Below, one piece after another: positions 29,319-38,244 of a DNA stretch of 64,000 nucleotides. The position numbers and the translations under genes are program-made. Every line of letters begins with the position of its first letter. Positions within the stretch are counted from its first letter, which is position 1. The stretch spans positions 3,236 through 67,235 of the forward strand of contig JAGWKM010000002.1 of assembly GCA_028865305.1 (NCBI GenBank), read 5' to 3'. The DNA comes from Patescibacteria group bacterium (GTDB taxonomy: Bacteria > Patescibacteriota > Minisyncoccia > UBA6257 > 2-01-FULL-56-20). Under the pieces are notes generated by a model. That model was not told the DNA's origin. It saw only the letters and a program-made list of their open reading frames with translations, and did no database searches.

Positions 29319-30287
29319 ATGCGATCAGCCATGAATGAAATCCTTGAAACTACAAAATTCGTCGCAGACAATTCCAAACAGGTCTTCCTCGACCATTCTC
29401 GGATAATAGAATTTGCAGGGAACTTTCGCCGTGGCGCGGCTTCGCATTGGCTTAGTGCTTCACCGGTTGGTTATGCGCATCTTACAAATCAGCAAAAGCT
29501 AGATTTATTACTCGTCTTCAACTCCATAAGCTTTTCGTACTGGGGCGACCCCAAGTGGACCATTGAATATAAAGGTGGGCGATATGATGGTTCGTGGGCG
29601 ATGATTATTTGTATTATCCGAGCGATAGATGAAAAAATTCCGATTCTCGATGCGCAATTTCGCTCAAGTATGAGCCGGGAAGATTTTAGAAAGTTCTTAA
29701 GAGGTAATATAGAAATTCCGCTATTCGAGGAAAGATGGAACATTACAAAGGAAATTGGCGGCGGACTCTTGAAAGGATATGGCGGCAACTTTGCAAATTT
29801 TATTAAAAGTGCGGGCGGTGACGGCCTTCGGCTTTTAAAGCTCATCATCAAAACTTTTCCCTCATTTGATGATGTCGCCCAATATGGCGGCAGGCCTGTT
29901 TATTTTTACAAACGCGCCCAATTATTAGTAGAGGATATTTACCAAGCTTTCGGAGGTGAGGGCTATGGAAGTTTAAAGAACATGGATCAATTTACCGCGT
30001 GCGCCGATTACAAACTCCCCCAATCGTTGCGCCGACTTGGAATTATGAAGTATGCCGAATCCCTTTCCGGCAAGATCGACAATAAAATACCGCTTCCGTC
30101 CGGCAGCGAAGAGGAGGTTGAGATTCGCGCAAACACGATCTGGGCCGTGGAATTTATAAAGCAAGCGTTGCAAAATGACGGACAAAATGCGACGTCAATC
30201 GGCGTTAATGATCACCTCTGGCTAATGGGACAGGATAAGCAAAACAATCACCAGCCGTATCATCGAACCCGAACTACAGCATATTAA
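29319..30287 (+). CDS. Queuosine salvage family protein (DUF2419/QNG1-like)
   Basis: NSISFSYW, FPSFDD, FYKRAQL, ADYKLPQ.LR, EVEIRA, PYHRTRTTAY. Confidence 0.9.
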   Translation: MRSAMNEILETTKFVADNSKQVFLDHSRIIEFAGNFRRGAASHWLSASPVGYAHLTNQQKLDLLLVFNSISFSYWGDPKWTIEYKGGRYDGSWAMIICIIRAIDEKIPILDAQFRSSMSREDFRKFLRGNIEIPLFEERWNITKEIGGGLLKGYGGNFANFIKSAGGDGLRLLKLIIKTFPSFDDVAQYGGRPVYFYKRAQLLVEDIYQAFGGEGYGSLKNMDQFTACADYKLPQSLRRLGIMKYAESLSGKIDNKIPLPSGSEEEVEIRANTIWAVEFIKQALQNDGQNATSIGVNDHLWLMGQDKQNNHQPYHRTRTTAY

Positions 30288-30585
30288 ATCAGCTTTTTTC
30301 GCGGGGGGGGGGGGGCGATTCGAACCCCTGTTTTTTTATTGATAAAATTAAAAACCCAACAAAAGCGGCAGCGCCATGGCGACCAAAATGGTTGGAATAC
30401 CAGAATCCATCTCAAAACTTGATTGCATCGGGAAAGGCCGCGATCTTCGGATAGATTCTAGTGCCCCCGCCGGATCTTCACATTTAAATCCCGATAAAAT
30501 GAGTTTTTAGGCAACAAAGAACCGCCTCCGGACATCACCTCCGCACCGGATTGGTTAGAATTTTAAATAGTTTTATACTGTTGGT

Positions 30586-31023
30586 ATGCCTGACTTTAAG
30601 TCCCATCCGCTTTTCAAAAAACTGTTTTCACTGGATCTGCCTCCCGAAGATTATGCGGTTTTTGGCAGCGGGCCGATGTATGCCCATGGCCTGCGGAAAG
30701 GGATTGCAGACCTGAATATCATCGCCCGCGGGAAAGCGTGGCAAAAAACGCACGAGTTTGGCGGAGAACAAACCGCGCACAGCGGCCTTGGCAAGGCAGT
30801 CCTACCGGCGGAGGGGATCCAAATTTATAATGCCTGGGGGCCGGGAAAGTGGACGGCGGACGAATTGATCGACACTTCCGAAATTATTGACGGCATCCGG
30901 TTCGTAACGCTCGACAAAGTGGCGGACTGGAAAGAATTGATGGGGCGGCCGAAAGATATCGAAGACGTGGAGGCGATCAAAACTTATCTGGAGAACCTGA
31001 AATCAGCGCGGAACTCCGGCTAG
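30586..31023 (+). CDS. Nucleotidyltransferase-like hypothetical protein
   Basis: YAVFGSGPM..HG...DL, C-terminal MGRPKDIED. Confidence 0.6.
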   Translation: MPDFKSHPLFKKLFSLDLPPEDYAVFGSGPMYAHGLRKGIADLNIIARGKAWQKTHEFGGEQTAHSGLGKAVLPAEGIQIYNAWGPGKWTADELIDTSEIIDGIRFVTLDKVADWKELMGRPKDIEDVEAIKTYLENLKSARNSG

Positions 31024-31643
31024 AATCCCAGTTTTTCGTTAACGAAAATGATGTGCGACTTCCGGCCTCCGAACGGCGGCTCGCGGTAGATGACGAGCAA
31101 TTTTGAAATAAAACTGCCCGGCGCGCCGGTCGATTTCATCCGCGCATCTTCCAGTGGAAAAACGTGTTCCCTGAGCCGCGCGAGAGCCGAATCGAGGTCG
31201 GGAGTGATTTTCTGCGCGCCGACGACAAGAATGAGATTCGGCGAAGTATAGACGAGATGCGGCAGCTGGCTGCCGGAATTGGAAGCGACCACGATTTCGC
31301 CGGTTTCCGCAATGGCGTGCGCGCTGCCGAGGTAAAAATCGGAAAGGACCGCCTGCCTGCGCAACGCCGCCTTTTTCGCCGGATCCGTTTCGGCAAAGAC
31401 GGCGGCGTGGAGATTGTTCCAGCCATGGTTCCCCTCCTGCAGAAACTGAACGAAGCCGATTTCTTCGAGCGTGCGCGATGCGCCGTTCATAATTGAAGCG
31501 CCGGCCGGAATCAATTCCTTAATCCGCCGGAGCGCCTCCGCGCGCGTTTCCGCAAACTCCGGCAGGTGTCCGCGTTCCGCGAGGGCGGCCATGGTTTTTT
31601 CTATGGTTATTTTCGAAGGAGTAGCGTCGTAGGCCATAAGCAT
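31020..31643 (-). CDS. LUD-domain (lactate utilization/DUF1121-like) protein
   Basis: GASRTLEEIG, GSAHAIAETG, VVGAQKI. Confidence 0.85.
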   Translation of the reverse strand: MLMAYDATPSKITIEKTMAALAERGHLPEFAETRAEALRRIKELIPAGASIMNGASRTLEEIGFVQFLQEGNHGWNNLHAAVFAETDPAKKAALRRQAVLSDFYLGSAHAIAETGEIVVASNSGSQLPHLVYTSPNLILVVGAQKITPDLDSALARLREHVFPLEDARMKSTGAPGSFISKLLVIYREPPFGGRKSHIIFVNEKLGF

Positions 31644-31691
31644 TCATTATACGATACGATAATGCCCCGATAAATGCTTCCGGAATGAAAA

Positions 31692-31925
31692 TCAATTTTC
31701 TTCCACCTCTATTTTCTTTATCTTTGCCGCAGGCGGACCCACCCTGCACCACTCAATGAATTTTCCAAGCGCCGGCTCCGCTCCCTCTGCGCAAACCGAA
31801 ACCGAGCCATCCGGCTCATTGCGCGGATCGGCATGAATGCCGAGTTCCGCGGCTTTTTTTGTTGCCGCATACCGAAATCCGACGCCCTGCACTTGGCCAT
31901 GTATTTTTATGACGATTTTCTTCAT
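31692..31925 (-). CDS. acyP: Acylphosphatase
   Basis: IHGQVQGVGFR, RNEPDGSV, WCRVGPPAAKI. Confidence 0.92.
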   Translation of the reverse strand: MKKIVIKIHGQVQGVGFRYAATKKAAELGIHADPRNEPDGSVSVCAEGAEPALGKFIEWCRVGPPAAKIKKIEVEEN

Positions 31926-31959
31926 ATCCGGTTCACCTGTTTTAATATTTAATGGCAGT

Positions 31960-32175
31960 ATGCCCGAAAAAACAACCATCGAACGCGCGCGGCGGAAAAA
32001 ACGCGAAGGAAAAGCTTCAACCACGCAAGCCGGCGAATTCGTGCGCGAGGAGATGCGCCATAAACGCAGCGGCAAGCATCCGGTTAAATCGCGTAAACAG
32101 GCAATTGCGATTGGCCTTTCGAAAGCACGCAAGGCCGGCGTGAAAATACCGCCGCGATCGAAGCGAAAGAGATAA
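31960..32175 (+). CDS. Small basic protein (DUF6496-like)
   Basis: SRKQAIAIGLSKARKAG. Confidence 0.8.
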   Translation: MPEKTTIERARRKKREGKASTTQAGEFVREEMRHKRSGKHPVKSRKQAIAIGLSKARKAGVKIPPRSKRKR

Positions 32176-32239
32176 GAAAATAATAACGGCCCGGCAATCC
32201 GGACTCTTTATATTATCCGGCCCTGATTTTGGATCATTA

Positions 32240-32860
32240 CTATTCGTTTTCCTTGTTGAGGAGCGGCACAAACGCGAACCCTTCGAATTTTTTGTTTTCG
32301 AATTCCCCGGTTGCCGATTTCTTGAAAAGCCAAACGTCATTCCCAACCGGCACGACCATGCGGCCGCCGTTTGCCAGCTGGTCAAGCAACCGCCGCGGCA
32401 CTTCTTCCGCTGCGGCCGAAATCAGGATCTTGTCGAAGGGCGCGTCCTCCGGCAGGCCGAGCTCGTTTTCATGCGCCTGCACAATCTCGACGTTCGGACA
32501 ATCATATTTCACCAAATTGCGCTGGCCGAATTCGACGAGCTCCGGAACAATCTCAACGCCGCGCACTTCGCCGTTCGCGCCGACCATCTGGCCGAGCAGC
32601 GCCGTGGTCCAGCCAGAGCCGGAACCCACATCCAGGATGCTATCCCCTTCCTTCGGCTGGAGGAGCTCAAGCATGAACGCCACGACCGTCGGCTGGGAAA
32701 TCGTCTGGCCGTGGCCGATCGGAAGCGCCTCGTCCGCATATGCGGCGGGCGCATCTTCGGGCCGCACGAAATCAGCCCGGTCGATCCTTCGGAAGGCCTT
32801 AATGATCGAACGCGTCCGGAGCGTGCCGGATTCGATAAGCGATTGGATTAGTTCATCCAT
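32240..32860 (-). CDS. pcm: Protein-L-isoaspartate O-methyltransferase
   Basis: GQTISQP, LDVGSGSGW, APFDKI, GGRMVVPVG, FVPL. Confidence 0.95.
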   Translation of the reverse strand: MDELIQSLIESGTLRTRSIIKAFRRIDRADFVRPEDAPAAYADEALPIGHGQTISQPTVVAFMLELLQPKEGDSILDVGSGSGWTTALLGQMVGANGEVRGVEIVPELVEFGQRNLVKYDCPNVEIVQAHENELGLPEDAPFDKILISAAAEEVPRRLLDQLANGGRMVVPVGNDVWLFKKSATGEFENKKFEGFAFVPLLNKENE

Positions 32861-33019
32861 GATTCATGGCCCGTCCCAAAGCTATGTCCGGACGCATTTC
32901 TCGTCCTTGTTCCCGCGGAAACCGGCGGCGGGCGCCCGTGGGCGCAGTTCGGGATGGCTCCATTATTATGGAACATCATTATGGAAATTCCGTGAGAATG
33001 TTTGGTAGAATGGAACCTG

Positions 33020-33661
33020 ATGACTATTTCCAAAATTGCGCATTGCTGCTTATTGGTCAAAATCGGCAATTTGACGATCCTTACCGATCCGGGAAATTAT
33101 TCCGCGGCGCAAAATTCCCTGACCGGCATCGACGCGATCCTCGTCACCCACGAGCACGCGGACCATCTGCACGCCGATTCCGTAAAAGAAATCCTGAGAA
33201 ATAATCCGGCGGCGCAAGTGATCACGAACTCCGGCGTCGGAAAGCAGCTTGGCTTGGCTGGCATTCCTTTTTCGCTGTTTGAAGGGCGCGCGACGGGAAC
33301 CGTCAAAACCGTTTCCCTTGAAGCTTTTGACTGCAGGCACGAAGAAATCTACAAATAGATCGGGCAGGTGCAAAATACCGCTTATCTTGTCGGCGGCAGA
33401 CTGCTCATCCCCGGCGATTCTTTCTTTGATCCCGGCAAGCCGGTGGAAGTGCTCGCAACGCCGGTTGCCGGACCGTGGTGCAAAATAGGCGACGCAATCC
33501 GCTATGCCATCAAATTGAAACCCCGCAAAGCATTTCCCATCCATGACGGCATGCTCAAAAAAGGATCAACAGGGTTCATTGAAAAAATAATCGGAACGGT
33601 TTTAAAGGAAAGCAATATCGATTTTATCGCGATGGGAGAAGGGATCACGGCTGAATTTTAA
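33020..33661 (+). pseudogene. MBL-fold metallo-hydrolase interrupted by an in-frame TAG at 33356-33358
   Basis: THEHADH in the first half; PGDS and PIHDG in the second half, in the same frame. Confidence 0.8.
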
Positions 33662-33706
33662 TGAGCGAGTGACAAAAAGAAAATCTTCCAGTATCCTGAT
33701 TCGGTT

Positions 33707-34699
33707 ATGGAAACGGGGTTCTGGAAAAAGCTGCCGCGGCCGATTCTCGCGATGGCGCCGATGGCGAATGTCACGGACGCGGCTTTTCGGCGCCAATTCG
33801 CGGAGTGCTCCGGAGCGGCGCTTGGGAAATTTGTCTTTTGGACCGAATTTGTTTCGGTGGAAGGATTGCTATCCAAGGGACGCGGGCAATTGATGGCCGA
33901 CCTCCGGTTTGGTGGGGACGAGCACCCGATCGTGGCGCAGATTTTCGGCTCAAAACCGGAACAGTTCGAAAAAGTCGCGGCGGAGCTCGCCGGAATGGGT
34001 TTTGACGGCATCGATATCAATATGGGCTGCCCGGATGCCGGCGTCGAAAAATCAGGCGCCGGCGCGGCGCTCATCAAAAACCCGAAGCTCGCGAAAGAAA
34101 TTATCCGCGCGGCGAAAAGCGGAGCCGGCAAATTGCCGGTTTCCGTAAAAACACGGCTCGGCTATGCAAAGCCGGAAATCGAAACCTGGATTCCGGCGCT
34201 GCTCGAAGAAAAGCTGGCGGCGCTCATAATCCACCTCCGGACGCGGAAAGAAATGTCCGACGCGCCGGCGCATTGGGAATTAATGCCGCGCATCGTCGAA
34301 TTGCGCAACCGCATTTCACCGGAAACCTTGATCCTCGGCAATGGCGACGTGAACTCGCCCGAGGAGGCGCGCTCCCGAATCAGCGAAGCCGGCGCGGATG
34401 GCATGATGGTCGGCCGCGGGCTCTTTGGCAATCCCTGGTTCTTCAGCGGAACGACGCCGACGGTCCGGGAAAAATTAAAGCGGATGGTCGCACACACGGA
34501 ACTCTTTGAAAAGATGTTCAAAAGCAATAAAACCAAAACAGAAGGAAAATTGAAGAATTTTGAAGTCATGAAAAAGCATTTCAAGGCATACTGCACGGGA
34601 TTCGACGGAGCAAAGGAGCTGCGGATAAGGTTAATGGAGACGGAACACGCGGAAGAGGCCAGGAAGATAGCGGAAGAATTTATTGGTACACTTAGATAG
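33707..34699 (+). CDS. dus: tRNA-dihydrouridine synthase
   Basis: APMANVTD, DINMGCP, SVKTRLG, GNGDV, GMMVGRG..GNPW. Confidence 0.95.
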   Translation: METGFWKKLPRPILAMAPMANVTDAAFRRQFAECSGAALGKFVFWTEFVSVEGLLSKGRGQLMADLRFGGDEHPIVAQIFGSKPEQFEKVAAELAGMGFDGIDINMGCPDAGVEKSGAGAALIKNPKLAKEIIRAAKSGAGKLPVSVKTRLGYAKPEIETWIPALLEEKLAALIIHLRTRKEMSDAPAHWELMPRIVELRNRISPETLILGNGDVNSPEEARSRISEAGADGMMVGRGLFGNPWFFSGTTPTVREKLKRMVAHTELFEKMFKSNKTKTEGKLKNFEVMKKHFKAYCTGFDGAKELRIRLMETEHAEEARKIAEEFIGTLR

Positions 34700-34875
34700 T
34701 ATTTGAATTTTTGACATTTAATTAAAAATTTCCAATTAATAATTAATAACGAATGCTGAAATGTTAAATTTCCAACGGAAACTCGGCATTGTGTGTTTGT
34801 TATTAATTCGGCATTATTAACTGGTCATTTCTTGACCTTGGACCTCGAGCTGGGCCCTGGATGATAAAACATTTT

Positions 34876-35655
34876 ATGAAACCAAATCGAGACAAAAAAG
34901 AAAAAATCTACATTTACGGCAAACACGCGCTTGCCGAAGCTCTGGAACACGCGGCGCGCGCGGTTCGGAAGGTTTTCCTGGCTCCGGAGGCAAGCCGCGA
35001 CGAGGAATTGCGCGCACTGCTTTCGAAGCGCCATGTTACCGCTGAATCATTGAAAAACCGCGGCGCGGACCGGATGGTAGGCGTTGAAACAGCGCACCAG
35101 GGCGTGATTGCGATCGTTGATCCGGCGGCGATTACCGTTGATTTCCGTGATTTTGCGGAGCAGGCGGCGTCCGACGTCCGGCATCCGACGGAAGGGCACC
35201 GGACGCCGATGCTCGTCTTATTGGATGAGCTCACCGATCCGCATAACGTCGGCGCCATCATCCGCTCGGCAGCAGCTTTCGGCGCCGCGGGAGTGCTTAT
35301 CCCCTCGCACAACCAGGCCCCCATAACGGGTGCCGTCGTCAAATCATCGGCCGGTATGGTTTTCCGCATTCCGATCGTCCAACTCGGCAACGTGAACCAA
35401 GCCATAGATCAGCTGAAAGAGATCGGGTTCAAAACCTACGGACTTGCGATGCGCGGCTCCATTCCGCTTGCCGATGAACCGTTTGACACCCCGGCTCTCA
35501 TCATCGTCGGCAACGAGGGCAAGGGCATCCGGCAGAAAACCATCGAGCGCTGCGATGTTACGCTTCGCATCCCGATGGATCCCCGCGCGGAATCGTTGAA
35601 TGCGTCCGTTTCGGCAGCGATTGTGTTATATCAGTGGAGTTTGAGGCATTTATAG
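34876..35655 (+). CDS. rlmB: 23S rRNA (Gm2251) TrmH-family methyltransferase
   Basis: HQGVIA, DPHNVGAIIRSA, GNEGKG, ESLNASVSA. Confidence 0.9.
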   Translation: MKPNRDKKEKIYIYGKHALAEALEHAARAVRKVFLAPEASRDEELRALLSKRHVTAESLKNRGADRMVGVETAHQGVIAIVDPAAITVDFRDFAEQAASDVRHPTEGHRTPMLVLLDELTDPHNVGAIIRSAAAFGAAGVLIPSHNQAPITGAVVKSSAGMVFRIPIVQLGNVNQAIDQLKEIGFKTYGLAMRGSIPLADEPFDTPALIIVGNEGKGIRQKTIERCDVTLRIPMDPRAESLNASVSAAIVLYQWSLRHL

Positions 35656-35808
35656 TTGTTTGAATCTCTAATATCTAATTAATAATTAATAACGAATATC
35701 CAAATGTTAATGTCCAAAGCATTCGTTATTAATTAGGCGCTATTAACTAGTCGTTTTCAAAACTCTGGATTCCTGGCTGAACCCGCGACGACAAAAAAAT
35801 AATGAACC

Positions 35809-36684
35809 ATGAATAATCTCAACCTCATCTCCCAACCCTGGCCCGATTATGAATTGCTTGATTCCGGCGATAACCGGAAGCTTGAACGTTTCGGGAAGTT
35901 CACTATCGTGCGGCCGGAAGCGCAGGCGCTTTGGAATCCCTCGCGGCCGGAATTATGGAAGCAAGCGGTGGCGGAATTCAAATGGAGCGAAGGCAAGGGG
36001 AAATGGCACAAGAAAAAAGAAATTCCGGACGGGTGGCGGATGAGCTGGGACGATTTGGCCTTTGCCGTCCGGCTGACTTCGTTCAAACATACGGGAATTT
36101 TTCCGGAGCAAGCCGAAAACTGGCGGTGGATACAAAAAATGGCCGATGACTCATGGCCGATCGCCAATCCCAAAATCCTCAACCTCTTTGGCTACACCGG
36201 AGTTGCGAGCATTGTCGCGGCGAAGACCGGAGCGAATGTCGTCCATGTGGATGCTTCAAGGCAAAGCAACGCATGGGCAAAAGAAAACGCGGAGCTGTCG
36301 GGGATCGCTGCCGGCAGCATCAAATTCTTGCTTGAAGATGCTTTGAAATTCGCCGAGCGCGAGGCGCGGCGCGGTTCAAAATACGGCGGCATCATCCTTG
36401 ATCCGCCGGCATTCGGCCGCGGACCAAAGGGCGAAGTATGGCGCATTGAAGAGCATTTGCCGCAGCTTTTGGCGGCTTTATCAAAATTATTGGACCGAAA
36501 ATCCGGATCATTTTTCCTTCTGAACGGCTACGCCGCGGGATATTCTCCGCAATCGTACCTGCAAGCCGCCGAAAGCCGCTTCGACCCGAAAAACACCAAG
36601 GGCGAATTTGGCGAGCTCGCCATCCGGGAATCCTCCGGCCGCATCCTGCCGCAAGGCATTTACGTCCGATTCTGCTATACTTAA
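35809..36684 (+). CDS. Class I SAM-dependent methyltransferase (RlmI/RlmK-like)
   Basis: YELLDSG...LERFG, HTGIFPEQ, LNLFGYTG, ILDPPAFGRG. Confidence 0.9.
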   Translation: MNNLNLISQPWPDYELLDSGDNRKLERFGKFTIVRPEAQALWNPSRPELWKQAVAEFKWSEGKGKWHKKKEIPDGWRMSWDDLAFAVRLTSFKHTGIFPEQAENWRWIQKMADDSWPIANPKILNLFGYTGVASIVAAKTGANVVHVDASRQSNAWAKENAELSGIAAGSIKFLLEDALKFAEREARRGSKYGGIILDPPAFGRGPKGEVWRIEEHLPQLLAALSKLLDRKSGSFFLLNGYAAGYSPQSYLQAAESRFDPKNTKGEFGELAIRESSGRILPQGIYVRFCYT

Positions 36685-36889
36685 GGCATCTTGCAGTGCC
36701 ACAGAAGCATTCGCCACCGCACCGCTTCGTGGACGGGCTCCCGGCAAACCGAGGGGCAGGGTGAGGAGGCGGCCCGGGCACACGATTTTTCGTGTACCCG
36801 GTTTTTATAAAAATGCATAAAGCGGAACCCGCGACTTCCGCGTCCCTCGCTCAAAAAATTCTCCCAAGAGCTGCCGGCCTATTTTCGAG

Positions 36890-38182
36890 ATGAATTCCAA
36901 GATCCAAAACTTCGACCAACTTGCGATAACCCCCGAACGGAAGGCGCTTTTGACCATTGCGGAAGCGGGGCTTCAGGCAATTGATACGAAGGAGGCCATC
37001 CGGAAACTCGTGGAAATTCGCGGGAGTGTTTTGAAATTGGGCGACCAACAGGTTGATCTGGACTCAGTCGAAAAATTAATTTTCATCGGCGTCGGCAAAT
37101 GCGCGGCCGATGCGGGAACCGCGATCGGAAACATCCTGGGCAACCGGATTACCCGCGGCGTCCTGGTGGATGTGAAAAAATGCGAGGAGATCCCCTCTAT
37201 CCAAACGTTTTGCGGCACTCATCCCCTTCCTTCCGACGAAAATCTCAAGGCGACGGAAGCGATCATCGGCTGCCTCCAGGGACTCACGGAACGCGACCTT
37301 GTTATTTTTGCCATTTCGGGCGGCGGTTCCACGCTCCTTTTCCTGCCGGAAGACAAATCCAACCGCGAAGAAATTTCCGTTTTCAACGCGCTCACGAATG
37401 CCGGCGCGACCATAGGAGAATTGAATATCGTCCGGAAACATTTATCGCTTGCCCGCGGCGGACATCTCGCAAAAGCCGCCTATCCCGCGCGCCTTATCTC
37501 GCTCATCTTTTCCGATGTTCCCGGCAACGATCTGACATCCATTTCCTCGGGACCGACCGTCCGCGACGGGACGACGGTCGAGGACGCGGAAAGGATTCTC
37601 GCGAAGTACAACGTGCTCCAAACCTGCAACATTGAACGGTGCGGATTGGTCGAAACGCCCAAAGAAGAAAAATATTTCGCAAACGCGGCGGTTGTTATGG
37701 CGGCATCGAACGTTGGCGCGCTCGAAGCGATGAAAAGGTCCGCCGAAACGATGGGGTTCCGGGCCGAAATCAGGGATGCCAAACTCACCGGGGATGCAAC
37801 GCTCGTTGCCGAGATGGTAGCAGGCGCTATCCATGCCGCGCCGCCGGGATCGGTGCTCCTTTGGGGCGGCGAAACAACGGTGACGGTAAGAATCCCCGGC
37901 AGCGGAGGGCGGAACCTGACGGTCAGCGCAACCGCGCTTGATTCCGTGCGCGAGGGCGAAGCGATCCTTTCGCTTGCCTCCGATGGACGCGACCACGGGC
38001 CGTACGCCGGGGCAATTTGCGATATGATTACTAAGGACGGGATGGCAAAGGCCGGCATTGATTGGCAAAAATACCTGGATGGAAACAATACCTATCCGCT
38101 TTTTGAAAAAGCCGGAAATTATCTCATGACAGGCGACACGGGCTCGAACGTGTCGGATCTCATAATTGCGCTCAAAAAGTAG
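36890..38182 (+). CDS. Glycerate 2-kinase (DUF4147/MOFRL family)
   Basis: GVGKCA, HPLP, ISGGGS, SDVPG, GGETTV, GGRN, TGSNVSD. Confidence 0.92.
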   Translation: MNSKIQNFDQLAITPERKALLTIAEAGLQAIDTKEAIRKLVEIRGSVLKLGDQQVDLDSVEKLIFIGVGKCAADAGTAIGNILGNRITRGVLVDVKKCEEIPSIQTFCGTHPLPSDENLKATEAIIGCLQGLTERDLVIFAISGGGSTLLFLPEDKSNREEISVFNALTNAGATIGELNIVRKHLSLARGGHLAKAAYPARLISLIFSDVPGNDLTSISSGPTVRDGTTVEDAERILAKYNVLQTCNIERCGLVETPKEEKYFANAAVVMAASNVGALEAMKRSAETMGFRAEIRDAKLTGDATLVAEMVAGAIHAAPPGSVLLWGGETTVTVRIPGSGGRNLTVSATALDSVREGEAILSLASDGRDHGPYAGAICDMITKDGMAKAGIDWQKYLDGNNTYPLFEKAGNYLMTGDTGSNVSDLIIALKK

Positions 38183-38244
38183 AATGCAGAAGGCAGAAAG
38201 GATATCGCATTCCACCTTCTTCATTCTACTTTCTACTACTAACC

